A program made the position numbers and the translations under genes. The notes beneath the pieces were generated by a model, which saw only the letters and a list, made by a program, of their open reading frames with translations, ran no database searches and was not told the origin of the DNA. A stretch of DNA of 63,395 bases, counting the filler, from Choristocarpus tenellus KU-1152 (lineage: Eukaryota > Protista > Phaeophyceae): NCBI GenBank assembly GCA_964200185.2. It is 12 parts of 12 records of this genome, joined end to end, with 100 filler letters (N's around TTAATTAATTAA, not from the genome) between each part and the next. Parts side by side here need not be neighbours in the genome. Positions count along the whole stretch, not along the records: positions 13,326 to 15,853 come from CAXNAD020027036.1; positions 15,954 to 20,110 come from CAXNAD020015932.1; positions 20,211 to 24,393 come from CAXNAD020015808.1; positions 24,494 to 28,821 come from CAXNAD020015101.1; 8 more parts are not named here. One strand, 5' to 3'. Numbering within the stretch: the stretch's first letter is position 1; each line of letters starts with the position of its first letter. This document shows, piece after piece, positions 13,226 to 24,849 of the stretch.

Positions 13226-14832
13226 NNNNNNNNNNNNNNNNNNNNNNNNNNNNNNNNNNNNNNNNNNNNTTAATTAATTAANNNNNNNNNNNNNNNNNNN
13301 NNNNNNNNNNNNNNNNNNNNNNNNNGGGGGGGGGGGGTCTATAAGGACAACTTGTTACCTGCATACTAAAATGTCCATAAAACGGTCAAAAGGTACTCGA
13401 AAAATATGCTCCTACTAGAAATTCAGAGGGGCCCTCGAAAATTATAGTCAGTCGCACTCCCCTCACGGTTACTCATGAGTCCATTGGGGAGGCGTACTTG
13501 GGCATTAAAAAATAAAATGCTTGGCACATTCATGGATGAGTTCACTAAAAAAAATAAGTGCTCTAGCCAGGAGTTTAGACGAGAAAGGTGGGACAGTACA
13601 CCCCCGGAGGTGTAGATCAGTACTCTGTTCGGGGTAAGTCCTGGGTGAAGGAGTTGGGCTAGTAAATCCATGTATTATAATTGTTTGTTCTGATCCTAAC
13701 CCCTAACACTGTGAATACTATATATAGTACATACATACTAAGAGTGTGTGAATATTGGAGTTTGTAGGGAGGGGTTTTGAGGCGATGGCTGCAAGGGTAA
13801 GAGTGCAAATTAAAGGGTTCTCTCTTTCAAGGCAAGAAAACCTATCAACTAACTCTTGTCTAAACTACCTTCACCTCGAATTCACACAAGAAATAAAATA
13901 AATACTATCAACATGGTAGAACACTTTAACAACATCAAATACAATCAATACACACCCAATAGAAAAACAGCATCCCTTCCTACATATTTTCACCTCTCTT
14001 TTTTTTGCACTACTCCTCAACCACCATACACATAAACCACTCTACCAATAAATACAAGTACCCTCTAAAAAGGTCCAACAGGCTAATATAATAACAAATA
14101 TAATAATAATAGTAATACGTCGTAGATCACCCAATCGGTTGACCACTCTCCTGGTCGTCCCTTCCTCTCTCTCTCTCACTCACACAGTCTCTCTCTCCTC
14201 ATCTCAACATTTTACTATTTCATTCTCCCCGAGATTGATGAGCAAAAAGGTCAAGATGAACGATTCATTCATGACTTGTAAGTGGTTTGCAATGAAATCC
14301 TCAAAGTGGCCCCGACAACCAATACTAACCACTTATCGAGAAACAAAAACACAGCTACTTTATACTCCTTATCTGCACCCTCTTCACCTCCTTTGTAGAC
14401 ATCCCCTTCAATCACCTCCCTTCACTCACACTCCCCAAAGCGGAGAATAATCTCAAAAATATGCACTCACACTGATACATCCCCCCCTCTTTCATCCTTC
14501 AGTATAACACTACCATCAATGATCGTATATGCAACTATATATTATGCTTACAAAGAAAATAACGGAAAAACTTTGCTTGAAAAATACTGAAATCTGTACT
14601 CAGGTTCCAACATAAAAACACACAACACACAACTATTTCCTGCTTTGCATGTAGCCATCCTTCCCTCCCCAAAGAATAGTTCTCAGACAACAAATACATA
14701 AATATTTGTAAAATTATATTCACCTTTGCAGTGTTGATACCTTCCAATGCAGAGATGAGGAGCATAATTACATTAGGGTTAAAAAAAAAATGCCCTAACA
14801 CATCTCTCCGGGACAACCTCCAGGGACCGTAC

Positions 14833-15066
14833 CTCCTCCTGCCTGGTCTTGGACAGTTTGTTTGGCCGTTCTTGCTCCTCTATCTCTACTATCCTCCTGG
14901 CACCCACAGGATTTCCTAGTAAGTCTACCTTGTTCACTGCAACCAACAGAGGTTTGTTGGAGGTTGACAGGCGTTCAAGCACCTCCAAAACAGTGGGGGG
15001 GATCCAAACGTTACTTGCTTGAAGTCTACCCAAGCCCTCTGTCGGTACTGGGATAAGGTCTTGCAA
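14833..15066 (-). CDS. Single internal exon of a probable TRAFAC/Era-like GTPase
   Basis: 234-bp phase 0-0 exon (cag|..|gtacgg) encoding ..LERLSTSNKPLLVAVNKVDLL.., a hydrophobic strand plus the NKxD G4 motif. No other exon was recognised in this contig. Confidence 0.5.
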
Positions 15067-16718
15067 CTGTACAACCCAGAAGGTGCAGTCTTACAAATAC
15101 ACCAGGGAATGCCTGGGGACAGGCTTAGAGTTTTGTCCAAGACCTGTATTGACGATTGACACTAGCGGCAGGCCCACCTCCAATTGCTGAGACCCCCCCT
15201 CCCGGCCTCTAAAAGATGGAGGAACAAACAGGTCTCTCTCAATGCAGGTGTTTGTAGGTGTACGGATATGTGTGCTTATAGTGGGGGTGTAAGGTTGTCA
15301 GCCAGTGCAGCAAAGGCCTTTTCCAAAAATTATCATTTCAGGAAACATGAAAAAAGACACAAATATTTGTGGGAAATAAAAACACCTTTTGTCTGGGGAA
15401 ACTCTCCTCAAGAATATCCACAAACAGGAGTACACCGCCATCCCTCACTGCCTCAGAAATGGAACTCACCATCTAATCCTGGACAGCACCAGGCCCACAA
15501 CAACAAACAAAGAAGGAGAGAGGACAAAGGGAAGGCGTGTCTGTGTGTTAGAGAGGAGGAATGGAATTGAAGGGAGAGGGGGAAGATTTGCCCTGGTTTT
15601 CACGTGTATCAGCCCCTGTAGTACATTAAGGATACTCTTGATGTTGTACTAGCTATACGCACTAGTTTTTTGGGGTTTTTTACTATGAGGATAGTAAGGG
15701 AGCTATCATGCAGAAAGCCTCTACCTTAACAAGACAAGTCTATAGGAGAGGATATTCAGTGGATAGTGTCACATATCAGATTTAACATGTCAGTGGCACT
15801 TAAATTCTGATTGTACAGTCTTAACTCTTTCATAGTCTTGTTCACGTCATACTNNNNNNNNNNNNNNNNNNNNNNNNNNNNNNNNNNNNNNNNNNNNTTA
15901 ATTAATTAANNNNNNNNNNNNNNNNNNNNNNNNNNNNNNNNNNNNNNNNNNNNGTGCGTTAATCTGTGAATTGGATTTGACTTGTACATCCTGGAAAGGT
16001 GAGCATTGAGGGGCGCCTGTAACACACCATTGTACTTCAAGAACAATTAGTCATTGCAGTGCAAATGCTTGCTTCGCTAACTTGAGAGTGGAGTAGCATT
16101 CTATGCCAAGAAACATCCACTACCTTATTGTGATCACAAATCGTACTTTCAAGTGGGAAGGCCAGCACACCATCTGAACGCCATTCGTCTCATAGAAACC
16201 CTCTATTGCTGTGTCAGTATATATAGCTTGCAACGCACAAAATGTTTGTTACATGTCCAAAAATTCAACCAGCATGTCCAAAATAATTGCCCTGCAAATT
16301 AATTTTTGTTCATTCTGTGTTCTCTGTCCAAAAATGACAAAGTGTTGAAAATATGGACCGAGTTGATATATCTCCTGCACCTTTTCATCTAAAATGAACA
16401 ATGACACTCAATGATCTCCAATCAATCACCTGAAGTTAGTGATGGGGGGAGAGAGCGATACTATTGTGTAAGAAATAGAATCTATTAGGTAAAAAAACAG
16501 GGGGTGGGTTGGGAGTTCCAAATTTTGGGATGCGTTTAGGTAGTCTTAGGTAGCTACCTAAACAATCATTCAGGATTCATACCAAGCGGCATGTGAAAAA
16601 TTGCTAATTTCCTCTACAAAGTATAAAAAATAAAATATACATAATAAAATTCTTGCGGCTGAGACTGAAAATTCACACTTTCTATGAATCCAATAGAAAT
16701 TACAAATCTGTTCATATT

Positions 16719-18825
16719 TCAATTAACAACATCATGAACATCGCTACCAATTTCACTAACAAAAGATGAACTCTGACGCCCGAAAGGAACACGTGGACTA
16801 CTGCAAGCAACAACACTATTTCTACTATTACCGAAATATCTACCAGCCATGGAGCCAAAAGAGGTTACACCACTTGGATCACCATTACCAGAAGCTGTTT
16901 TGTTGGTCTTCTGACATCCACATCCAAACAATGTCCGCCGCTTGACATCCACGTCCGGCTGTTCAGACCGGTAAAAACAGATCCCAAAGAGAAGAGGCAC
17001 GCCTGCCCAGAATCCACCAATCTCCCCCAGTATACCCAAGATATCGAAAGGATCTACATCTTCAATCGAGACAAACTGCTGGACACGAACATCAAATTGA
17101 ATTGACGCAATGGTGTCAGTCTTGAAATATGAAGACAAATCTAATGCATCTGGAGAATTTATCCAGGTGGATGTTGTGACACCAACAACAGAGTACTCAT
17201 GCTCAACAGACCCATCCAGATGCTTCCGTTGTTCCATCTTAAGGAATCCCCGCACAAAAGGGACGTTGTTAGGATCAAAGCTGATGGGAGCATAGAGGAT
17301 CACAGGCTCCCTCAGACGATCCTCAAGGGTCAAACTCTTATCGTAGAGGTACATCTTCACGTTCTGAAACGACCCTTGGTCAGACATGGTTGCAGTGCTG
17401 TTCCAGAAGATAAGTGTGTGGAATTTCCACTCTGTAGTGCCCTCAATCACATCTAAATCTGACAATGCGAATTGAGCACAGGTATCAGAAAGGCGCTCTG
17501 GAAGAAGCACCACATAGTCTGAAGAGTATCCATAGCCCTCGGGAGTGGTGTAGTCAGTGGCGTTGTATCCATATACGAACGTATCTCCCCTTACAGATGC
17601 CGCACATTCCTCAGGTGTAGAGTTCTCAAAGCACCCTAGCTGGGAGTCATATTGACCTCCGTCAAAACAGAATCCAATGTCTGGTAGCTTTTGATGGGAA
17701 ACATGAGGTCAGGCAATGCGCAGGGTGAACTGCAGTCATGATCAGATTTGTTGCAGTTTGTGAACAGATGACAACTCACCTAAAGTGTTGAGTCCTAATA
17801 CCAGTTTCATCCCCACTTTACATGTGAGTGCATCAGCCAATATCAAAGTTATACGATATTTTAAAACCAGTCAAGATCATGCCATTTAGGAGAGAAATTG
17901 GTGTACTTGCATTGTCCTTCTCACACTACCCCAAAAATATGCAAAAAAAATGAAAAGTTACAATTGATCAACCAGGTGAACCCCACTCAAGCTTCCATGG
18001 AGTAGGAAATTAGCATTGAGATGGGTCTGAACCTGACACATGGGAAAAAATTAAGGCACAAATGTGACAAATCGCTATTGTAAAACTGAGATTAGTTCTT
18101 GGTTATAAGCATGTTATGTCTAGTACCCATGAACATGGGTCAATTCTGTGAAGTTCAAGCCAGGTTGTTAGTACAAGATAAATACCACTTAAAATTGCAA
18201 TATATATATTGTACACACTGCTACGTCTTCTAAAGGCATTCCATATTCGCACCTGAAAGGACTCTGGTACCACATTGTAAGTGACTGAAGGATTCGAGCG
18301 GCCCTTGTACGCAATAGTGGTAACCTACCTCGAGGTTGGGTAAGGAACAGTAGGGGAGCCAGTTTGTTATCCCAACAATTTATGAAGAAACACATGGTAC
18401 TACAGTAAGGTGAGTAAAATAAGTGCCTGTCTCTTATTGTGATGTTCAGATTTCTTTTGAAAATAACATGGGTAGGAATCCTTAAAATGCAACCCTGCTG
18501 ACCTCTCAGGGTAATTCTTAACAGGGCTTCAAAGGTGACACAAAAACAATCATGTTGGAGGGTTTCCACTTCCTGGGAGGCCACTAACCAATACTTCGTA
18601 CTTGCACGACGGGTCTCACCATTGCGACATAGGTCATGTAGAGAGATATCAGAATCGTCCACCAAACAGTGGCCAAAGGACGATCCTCTTTGATGACAAC
18701 CCTAGGCTGCCAGACGCTGGGCGGGACTTTTGAGAGCAAGGTCTCTTGGGGCGCTTTGCCGCTTTCTAAGATGTTGTCATCCCTCGCATCGAAGGCAGGG
18801 AAGTTACTTGGAATGTTTGACCCTG
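16719..18825 (-). CDS. Two-transmembrane protein with DEG/ENaC-superfamily-like architecture; exons ~18825-18602, 18303-18253, 17687-16719 (possible first exon 19566-19536)
   Basis: Phase-consistent splicing gives TM1 (LATVWWTILISLYMTYVAMVRPVV), then GRSNPSVTYNVVPESFQ-LPDIGFC, a Cys-containing ectodomain with NxT sequons, then EDVDPFDILGILGEIGGFWAGVPLLFGICFY (TM2) and a C-terminal tail. The last exon is a 969-bp open frame ending in TGA. The gene model is well supported; the family call is an inference. Confidence 0.8.
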
Positions 18826-20840
18826 CTGTCAAATAGAAACAGGCAGGAACCCATCGAAATTAGTCTCAAGAATATTGGGCATTGACTGTTGAACTTTCTA
18901 TCAGAGAATAGCATCCACAAAGTATATGGAGGACTTCGTCCCTGGTTTTGAACATATAGATCCGCGTCCTACATACTACCGCAAGAGCATCATTATCATC
19001 GTAGCACACTGTCTAGCAGATCTTTGCAACAAAAAATCTAGCTGCAATGGACTTGCCCTTATCAAATTCTGATCATGTGCCCCTCCTGTGATACCAAGGT
19101 TACACATACAAGCATATTCAATCGGCGACGATTCATGAATGCTTACCCATATCATTAACCAAGGAGAACCGTGCCCAAGTCAAGAGGAAGTACTACTTTC
19201 GAATGGCCTATATTTGTCAAACAGCCGAACCAAACGCTTGTTTGAGGCAGCATATTTCTTTCTCAGTGTAACGGCACCATCATTTGTGCTACCTACGCTT
19301 CACTCGAAAGCTTTCAACTGGGACAACCAGAGAACTGAAAACTTGACAATTTCGGCGGGGAGTCTATGCGTGTGCCAAGATGGTAGTGATTTGGGCCATG
19401 AACAACACATCGCTGATGATATTGCCGTCATAATGCTTCGCGCACGATTTGTGGGAGACGAATCTGATTTTATGGGTATGATAATATGGGACAGCACACA
19501 AAAGTGAAGCTGCGTTGAGGGACGTATCTTTTTACCTGATTTCGACGCCATTGCTGAAGTCGACATACCCAACCTCAGTCAATGTACTCGTCTCCCTCGC
19601 AGCTATCTATATCCCTGTCTCCCTTAAAGCTGTCTCGGATGTATTGGTCTGTGCTTCAAGTATTTTGCTCTTTGCAACAATATTAGGAACCATTGTGTTG
19701 GTTGGATTCTCCTTTTCTTTCTGTTTCTTAGGACTTACATTGTTGTTCATACTAAGTCTTCAAAGTAATAGCTAGATTTTCTTCATACTACGGTTGTGAT
19801 TAGAAATGTTTCTGCGATTTTCTTCAAATGACGTATAATTTTTGAACGAAGCCATTCCAAGTTTGTGTTTCCGAGATATACAATTGAAGAAAGAGTTCAA
19901 AAAGGGGAATTACATTTTCCTCATCCAACCAATCATATATGGTTATTTATTCTGATGTCCTTAACAAATATTTATTATATATATTATTTTATTGTACATT
20001 ATCAAATACTGAGTAAATGTGATAGTTTATGAAGTAAACTGAGTTTTGTGGTTGGCTGGGGGCACAGGTCAAGAATGTGGGGATAGAAAAGAAAGAAGAA
20101 GAGAATGAATNNNNNNNNNNNNNNNNNNNNNNNNNNNNNNNNNNNNNNNNNNNNTTAATTAATTAANNNNNNNNNNNNNNNNNNNNNNNNNNNNNNNNNN
20201 NNNNNNNNNNCCAGCATCCCAGTCGGTTGTGAGCAATTGAAAGGGTGGGTGGGTGGGAGAGATTGCTCAAAGGTTGCCTTCTTCTAGCCCTGGTTGTCCT
20301 GTCCCACCCTCAGGTTTTCCTTATGCTCTCATTCATCCCTTCCTAACTTATGCTTTCATCTACCACCCGTTTCCTTTAGCTTCTCTCCTTACCTCTTCTG
20401 TCTCCTGTTCGTAGATAGTGCTACTGATACACATAGGCACCACCGGTGGATTATGTAATAGAATGGAGAGCCAGTGACATACATCGTATGTCCTGGCTCA
20501 TCATAGTGTCCATTGATTTGAGTGTTCTGTTCAAGATCCAAGTAAATAAGCGATTCATAGTAAATTAGTGTGGACGATTGCAAACCCCACACTATAGGAA
20601 TAGTTATGATAGTTCAGACTTGTCTCACCCACCTATTCAGTCAACGGAATTGAGACCACAAGCCCCTTGTAATATGAACTTTGCATATCTACATCAAGCT
20701 ATTCATTGTTTTTCATCAAAGCACCAAAGCCGTGGGTCCAGTGTGGAATATTTCAACACGCGCTACGTAGCAGACCGATTGTTCCTGGGACATTGTGCTG
20801 ATCGACGAGGCTAGTAGTGAGCATTGTTATTGTGTACAAG

Positions 20841-21780
20841 ATGTCTGCCATGAACACCATCAAGATCACATCACTCCCCACGTTCGCTGGAAATTTGAGC
20901 GAAGACTTTTATGCTCTTGCGGTGAGGGCCCAGGCCACGCTGGGTGTCTATGATTGTGCAACTACTTTACATGGCCCAGACATCATCTGTGGGGGGGGCA
21001 TCTGGGCAGTGGACGTGGAATCACCGAGTTTGCTCAGCGATGAAGGCGATGACGTCGCATGACGTTCAACGGTACCTGTTCCGACTATGGCAAGCGACGG
21101 CGAACTTCAATTGGCCACTGCACGGGCAAAGAAAGCATGGCAGCTCATGCTGGTCATGCTACAAGACCGTGCCTTACATGTGTTCATCACGCCTGGGTCT
21201 CCAAGTGCAGGGTGGCGCGCCCTTGATGCGGCGTTCATGCCAAAGACCCACCAGCAGGCGAGGCACATATGCCAGGAGCTGGATCGCCTGACTATTGACG
21301 ACAGGAAGAACCCTTCACCAGGGCTTACAGATTTATCAAGACCGACAATGAGACTGGAGTCCATGGGAGAGGTGATAGCAGAAGAGACAAAGGTGGCCAA
21401 GATTATCAACAAGCTTGGGGAGAACTACTCTCAAGCCAAGATCTTTGTAGATTTCGGGGAAACGGAGACAGTGAAGGAAGTTGAAGATATGGTGGTGCCG
21501 AGGTACAAAGACCTGCAAGCGATTAACAAGGGCAAGTCCACTGGGAGTGGCCATGCTTTGGTTGCGAGTGTGGGAAAGAGTTCCACAGGAAGAAAGGGGC
21601 ATGGGAAGGGGCGCATAGTTTGTTACATGTGTGGCAAAGACAGCCACACGAAAAATGACTGCCCCGACCTGGACAGGGGACGACACGCTGGTGCCTCTGC
21701 AAGACTGGGGGAAGATGACAACCAAGGTGGAAGATGCCCAAGATGTACAGGGTTGGGGCATGAATTTGATTAATGTCCCC
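20841..21780 (+). pseudogene. Copia-type gag, disrupted
   Basis: ORFs 20817-21062 and 21087-21773, with two CCHC knuckles. The second knuckle is broken by a stop. Confidence 0.8.
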
Positions 21781-22199
21781 TTACTGTACGAGCCAGGGAG
21801 AAGACCAGAAAACGTTCAAGAAGAGGGGGCAAGAACGCTCATATGGTATCTGCAGCGACTCCTCCTTCCTCGAACCAAGAGGACCTTACTGAAAAGATGG
21901 AAAGGTTGGAAGGATTCATTGGCTCTTATTTTGACGAAACAGAACGTCTCTCTTTGTCACCGTCTTCCCTTGTGTTTATTGTCATTACGAATTATTTTTG
22001 TTTGAGTTTGTCCCCCATTTGTCGTGTATTTTAATGCATACCCACCGTAAGTCAAGTAACAGCTGTGATGTTGTATGCAGACTGACTTTAGATAGAAGAA
22101 CTATTAAAAGTCAAGGAGAGGTTTTCCTCGTTTGTGTGTATGGTAGATATCAGTAATAAGTCAATTATTTAGTACTACTCTTTTCCAAGGATTCACTTT

Positions 22200-22650
22200 A
22201 GGCATGACACTACTAGGGATACTTCGTGGATCATGGGAGACGCAATTTGTTATGGCTAAGGACCCACGATAGAAAACACCCCAGGATGTGTTCGTAGAGA
22301 TTGTGATAGGAGAGGTAGGAAGCAACAGCTCCATATTACTGTATTCCGTTGACTTGTAGTAGTGACGTACTAGGGAGATTTTGTTGATTGTAGGAGACGC
22401 AACATGGGATTGCTAAGGAGTTGCAGGAGAAGTATCCGATAATGTTTCCACTGGAGACTACAATGGGAAGGTAGATATGAGGTAGAATTTGCGTTCCAGT
22501 GACCTGCAGTAGTGATGTACTAGGGAGGTTTTGTTGATTGTAGGAGACGCTATATATGCATTGCCAAGGACCCTGACATTTCATGGATTGTGGGAGAAAC
22601 AACATGGCGTTGCTAAGGACCTGCTGGAGAAAGTACCCGAGAATGTTCTC
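22200..22650. repeat. Degenerate ~150-bp tandem repeats inside the gag-only element
   Basis: Recurrent tactaggga..gggagacgcaa..gctaagga..gagaa units near 22210, 22360 and 22510, plus a partial unit near 22590. Confidence 0.7.
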
Positions 22651-23399
22651 ACATAAGGCTGCAGTAGGACAGGTGACTAGATTGATGACTGATTTTTTTG
22701 TACCTACACGGACCCAACGTCAACATTGATGTTGGAAAACTAGCAAAAGTTTGCTTTTGTTTAGTTTCGGAGAAGTAGATCCTCAGGGTGTATAGTGTCT
22801 GCGCAGCAAGGGAGAGTGTTCGTAGATAGTGCTGCTGATACGCATAGACACCACCGGTGGATGATGTAATAGGATGGAGAGCCAGTGACATATATCGTAT
22901 ATGTCCTGACTCATCATAGTGTCCTTGATTATAGTGTTCTGTTCGAGATACACTTACCATACTCAAGACAAGTAAATAAGTGTTTCATAGTAAATTAGTG
23001 TGGACGATTGCAAACCCCACACTATAGGAATAGATAGATATGATAGTTCAGGCTTGTCTAACCCACCTATTCAGTCAACGGAAGTTAGACCACAAGCCCC
23101 TTGTAATATTAGCATTGCATATCTACATCAAGCTATTCACCATGCTTCATCAAAGCACCAAAGCCGTGGGTCCAGTGTGAAATATGTCAACATCTCCTAC
23201 CTACTCAGTACTTAACTCTTCGTCCACCCCTTTCATACTTTATTTTTACCCTAATCAACTCTTCCTTCACTGTACATCATTCCTGCCAAAATTCTCCCTC
23301 CTGCAAAATTCTGATTACTTCATAAACTTGCCCTTTCCAGTAAGATACGTATCCCCCATGATAATATAGAGAGGGATGGTTTCGTTGAAGGGTATTTGC

Positions 23400-24050
23400 C
23401 TTTGCTTGCACAGGATGTGATGGACAGGGAAGACGAATACGTGTCAGGAATACTTGAGTTGGTTGCTGTTCGTACACTCAGCGACCAGTGTTGTTTAACA
23501 GTCTGGCGCTGTGTACCCTCAGTTCACACTCAGTTCCCCCAGTACGATGACCTTCCCCCCTACCCAACCCGACAAAATCTGAGTTTGTAAGTAATCGTAC
23601 CAACAAAACCTCTCATGTTCAAGGTTTATATGAACGAATGGGGGTAAGTACTTCACTTGATCAGTTCTTCCAACTGGTGAAAATTGTCTATGGTTTGGTC
23701 TGTTCGAGAAAAGTGACCGAGGTGGGAGCGTGGCCTGTACTCGAATTTGTGTTGCTTTGTTTGTACACATATATCCCTCAGACTTTCTTGTGGTGACGAT
23801 CCTCTTGCTTTCCTGGGTATCACTCACAGCAACGTCCTCATGTGTGCTTGATCCCAAAACCTCATGTTCCAAGTCATTTCTATACAGTTTGTCAACACAA
23901 TTGCACCTATCTCGAGAATTACACGCAAACGGACAAACTTGTTGCGGCAATGCTATAGAGTGATAATCCTCTGATGAATTCCGGCGTCTCACTTGCAACA
24001 ACCACAATTGTTGCAGGCGAGATATGTCTTCATGGCGCTTTTATAAACAC
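23400..24050 (-). mobile_element. Possible degenerate LINE reverse-transcriptase remnant
   Basis: EDYHSIAL resembles the RT N-terminal YRPISL motif. Multiple frameshifts downstream. Confidence 0.3.
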
Positions 24051-24325
24051 CATTATGACCTTGAAGTCCTAGATTTGATACATTTGTACTTCTCGACTAT
24101 TTGTTTATTATTGAGTTACTACTATCATGCTTTCAGGTGGCACATTGCTTCCAGTTCCTTTTTTATATGATGATATTGACGATACGTATGAAGGGAATAA
24201 TCAAAGTGAGAGATACAGCATACTGACGACTTGTGCATCAGGAGTCCTATACGTGCATCAGCGTCATCTATAGGCTTATGGACTGGACCTATACATCCTG
24301 TGGAGGTAAGCTTCTGGAGCGAGCT

Positions 24326-24393
24326 GAGTGAAAGTATCTTAGAGGGTACGAATTTTTCCCTGTTTGTCCATTTGGGGCTTGGCTTCCCATGGG
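24326..24393. mobile_element. ~260-bp MITE, end truncated by the contig break
   Basis: gagtgaaagtatcttagagggtacg.. terminal inverted repeat. Confidence 0.85.
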
Positions 24394-24849
24394 NNNNNNN
24401 NNNNNNNNNNNNNNNNNNNNNNNNNNNNNNNNNNNNNTTAATTAATTAANNNNNNNNNNNNNNNNNNNNNNNNNNNNNNNNNNNNNNNNNNNNGTTGGAC
24501 TTGAGGATAGTAACGATTCACCCTACCCAAATGAACGGAAAATGGACGTGGGTTTCCAGGTAGTACTAATATTGAGGTGTACCTTATTTTGAGTATGACA
24601 GATGTAACTAATGAGATAATACATCCGGATTATGAATGGGAATATGTATGGATTTTTATTCTGCATTCAACTACTTAGACATAACAATGGACTTATGTAC
24701 GACACACAAATAATATTAAAACAAGCAATGAAAAGACGCCCACGCCCCACAAAGGTCACTCTTCTAATTCCAAAGATGTAATGACGTTCAGCAATGGGGA
24801 ACCGTGTGAGGCTTCACACCTTCTTATCTTCATTACTGATAAATAGCAT

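Larger units (their letters stand above)
20406..23192 (+). mobile_element. Gag-only LTR retrotransposon (Copia-type gag, TR-GAG-like), 2.8 kb, with 5-bp TSD TCTCC
   Basis: LTRs 20406-20758 and 22817-23192, both TG..CA. TCTCC on both flanks. Purine tract aagggagag precedes the 3' LTR. Gag ~20840-21780 with zinc knuckles CYMCGKDSHTKNDC and CPRCTGLGHEFD*C. No pol recognisable. Confidence 0.9.

Noticed and set aside
24231-24449. ORFs running into X stretches (also 40363, 40590, 44511, 61905)
   Set aside because: They read through N gaps or MITE sequence and are artefacts.
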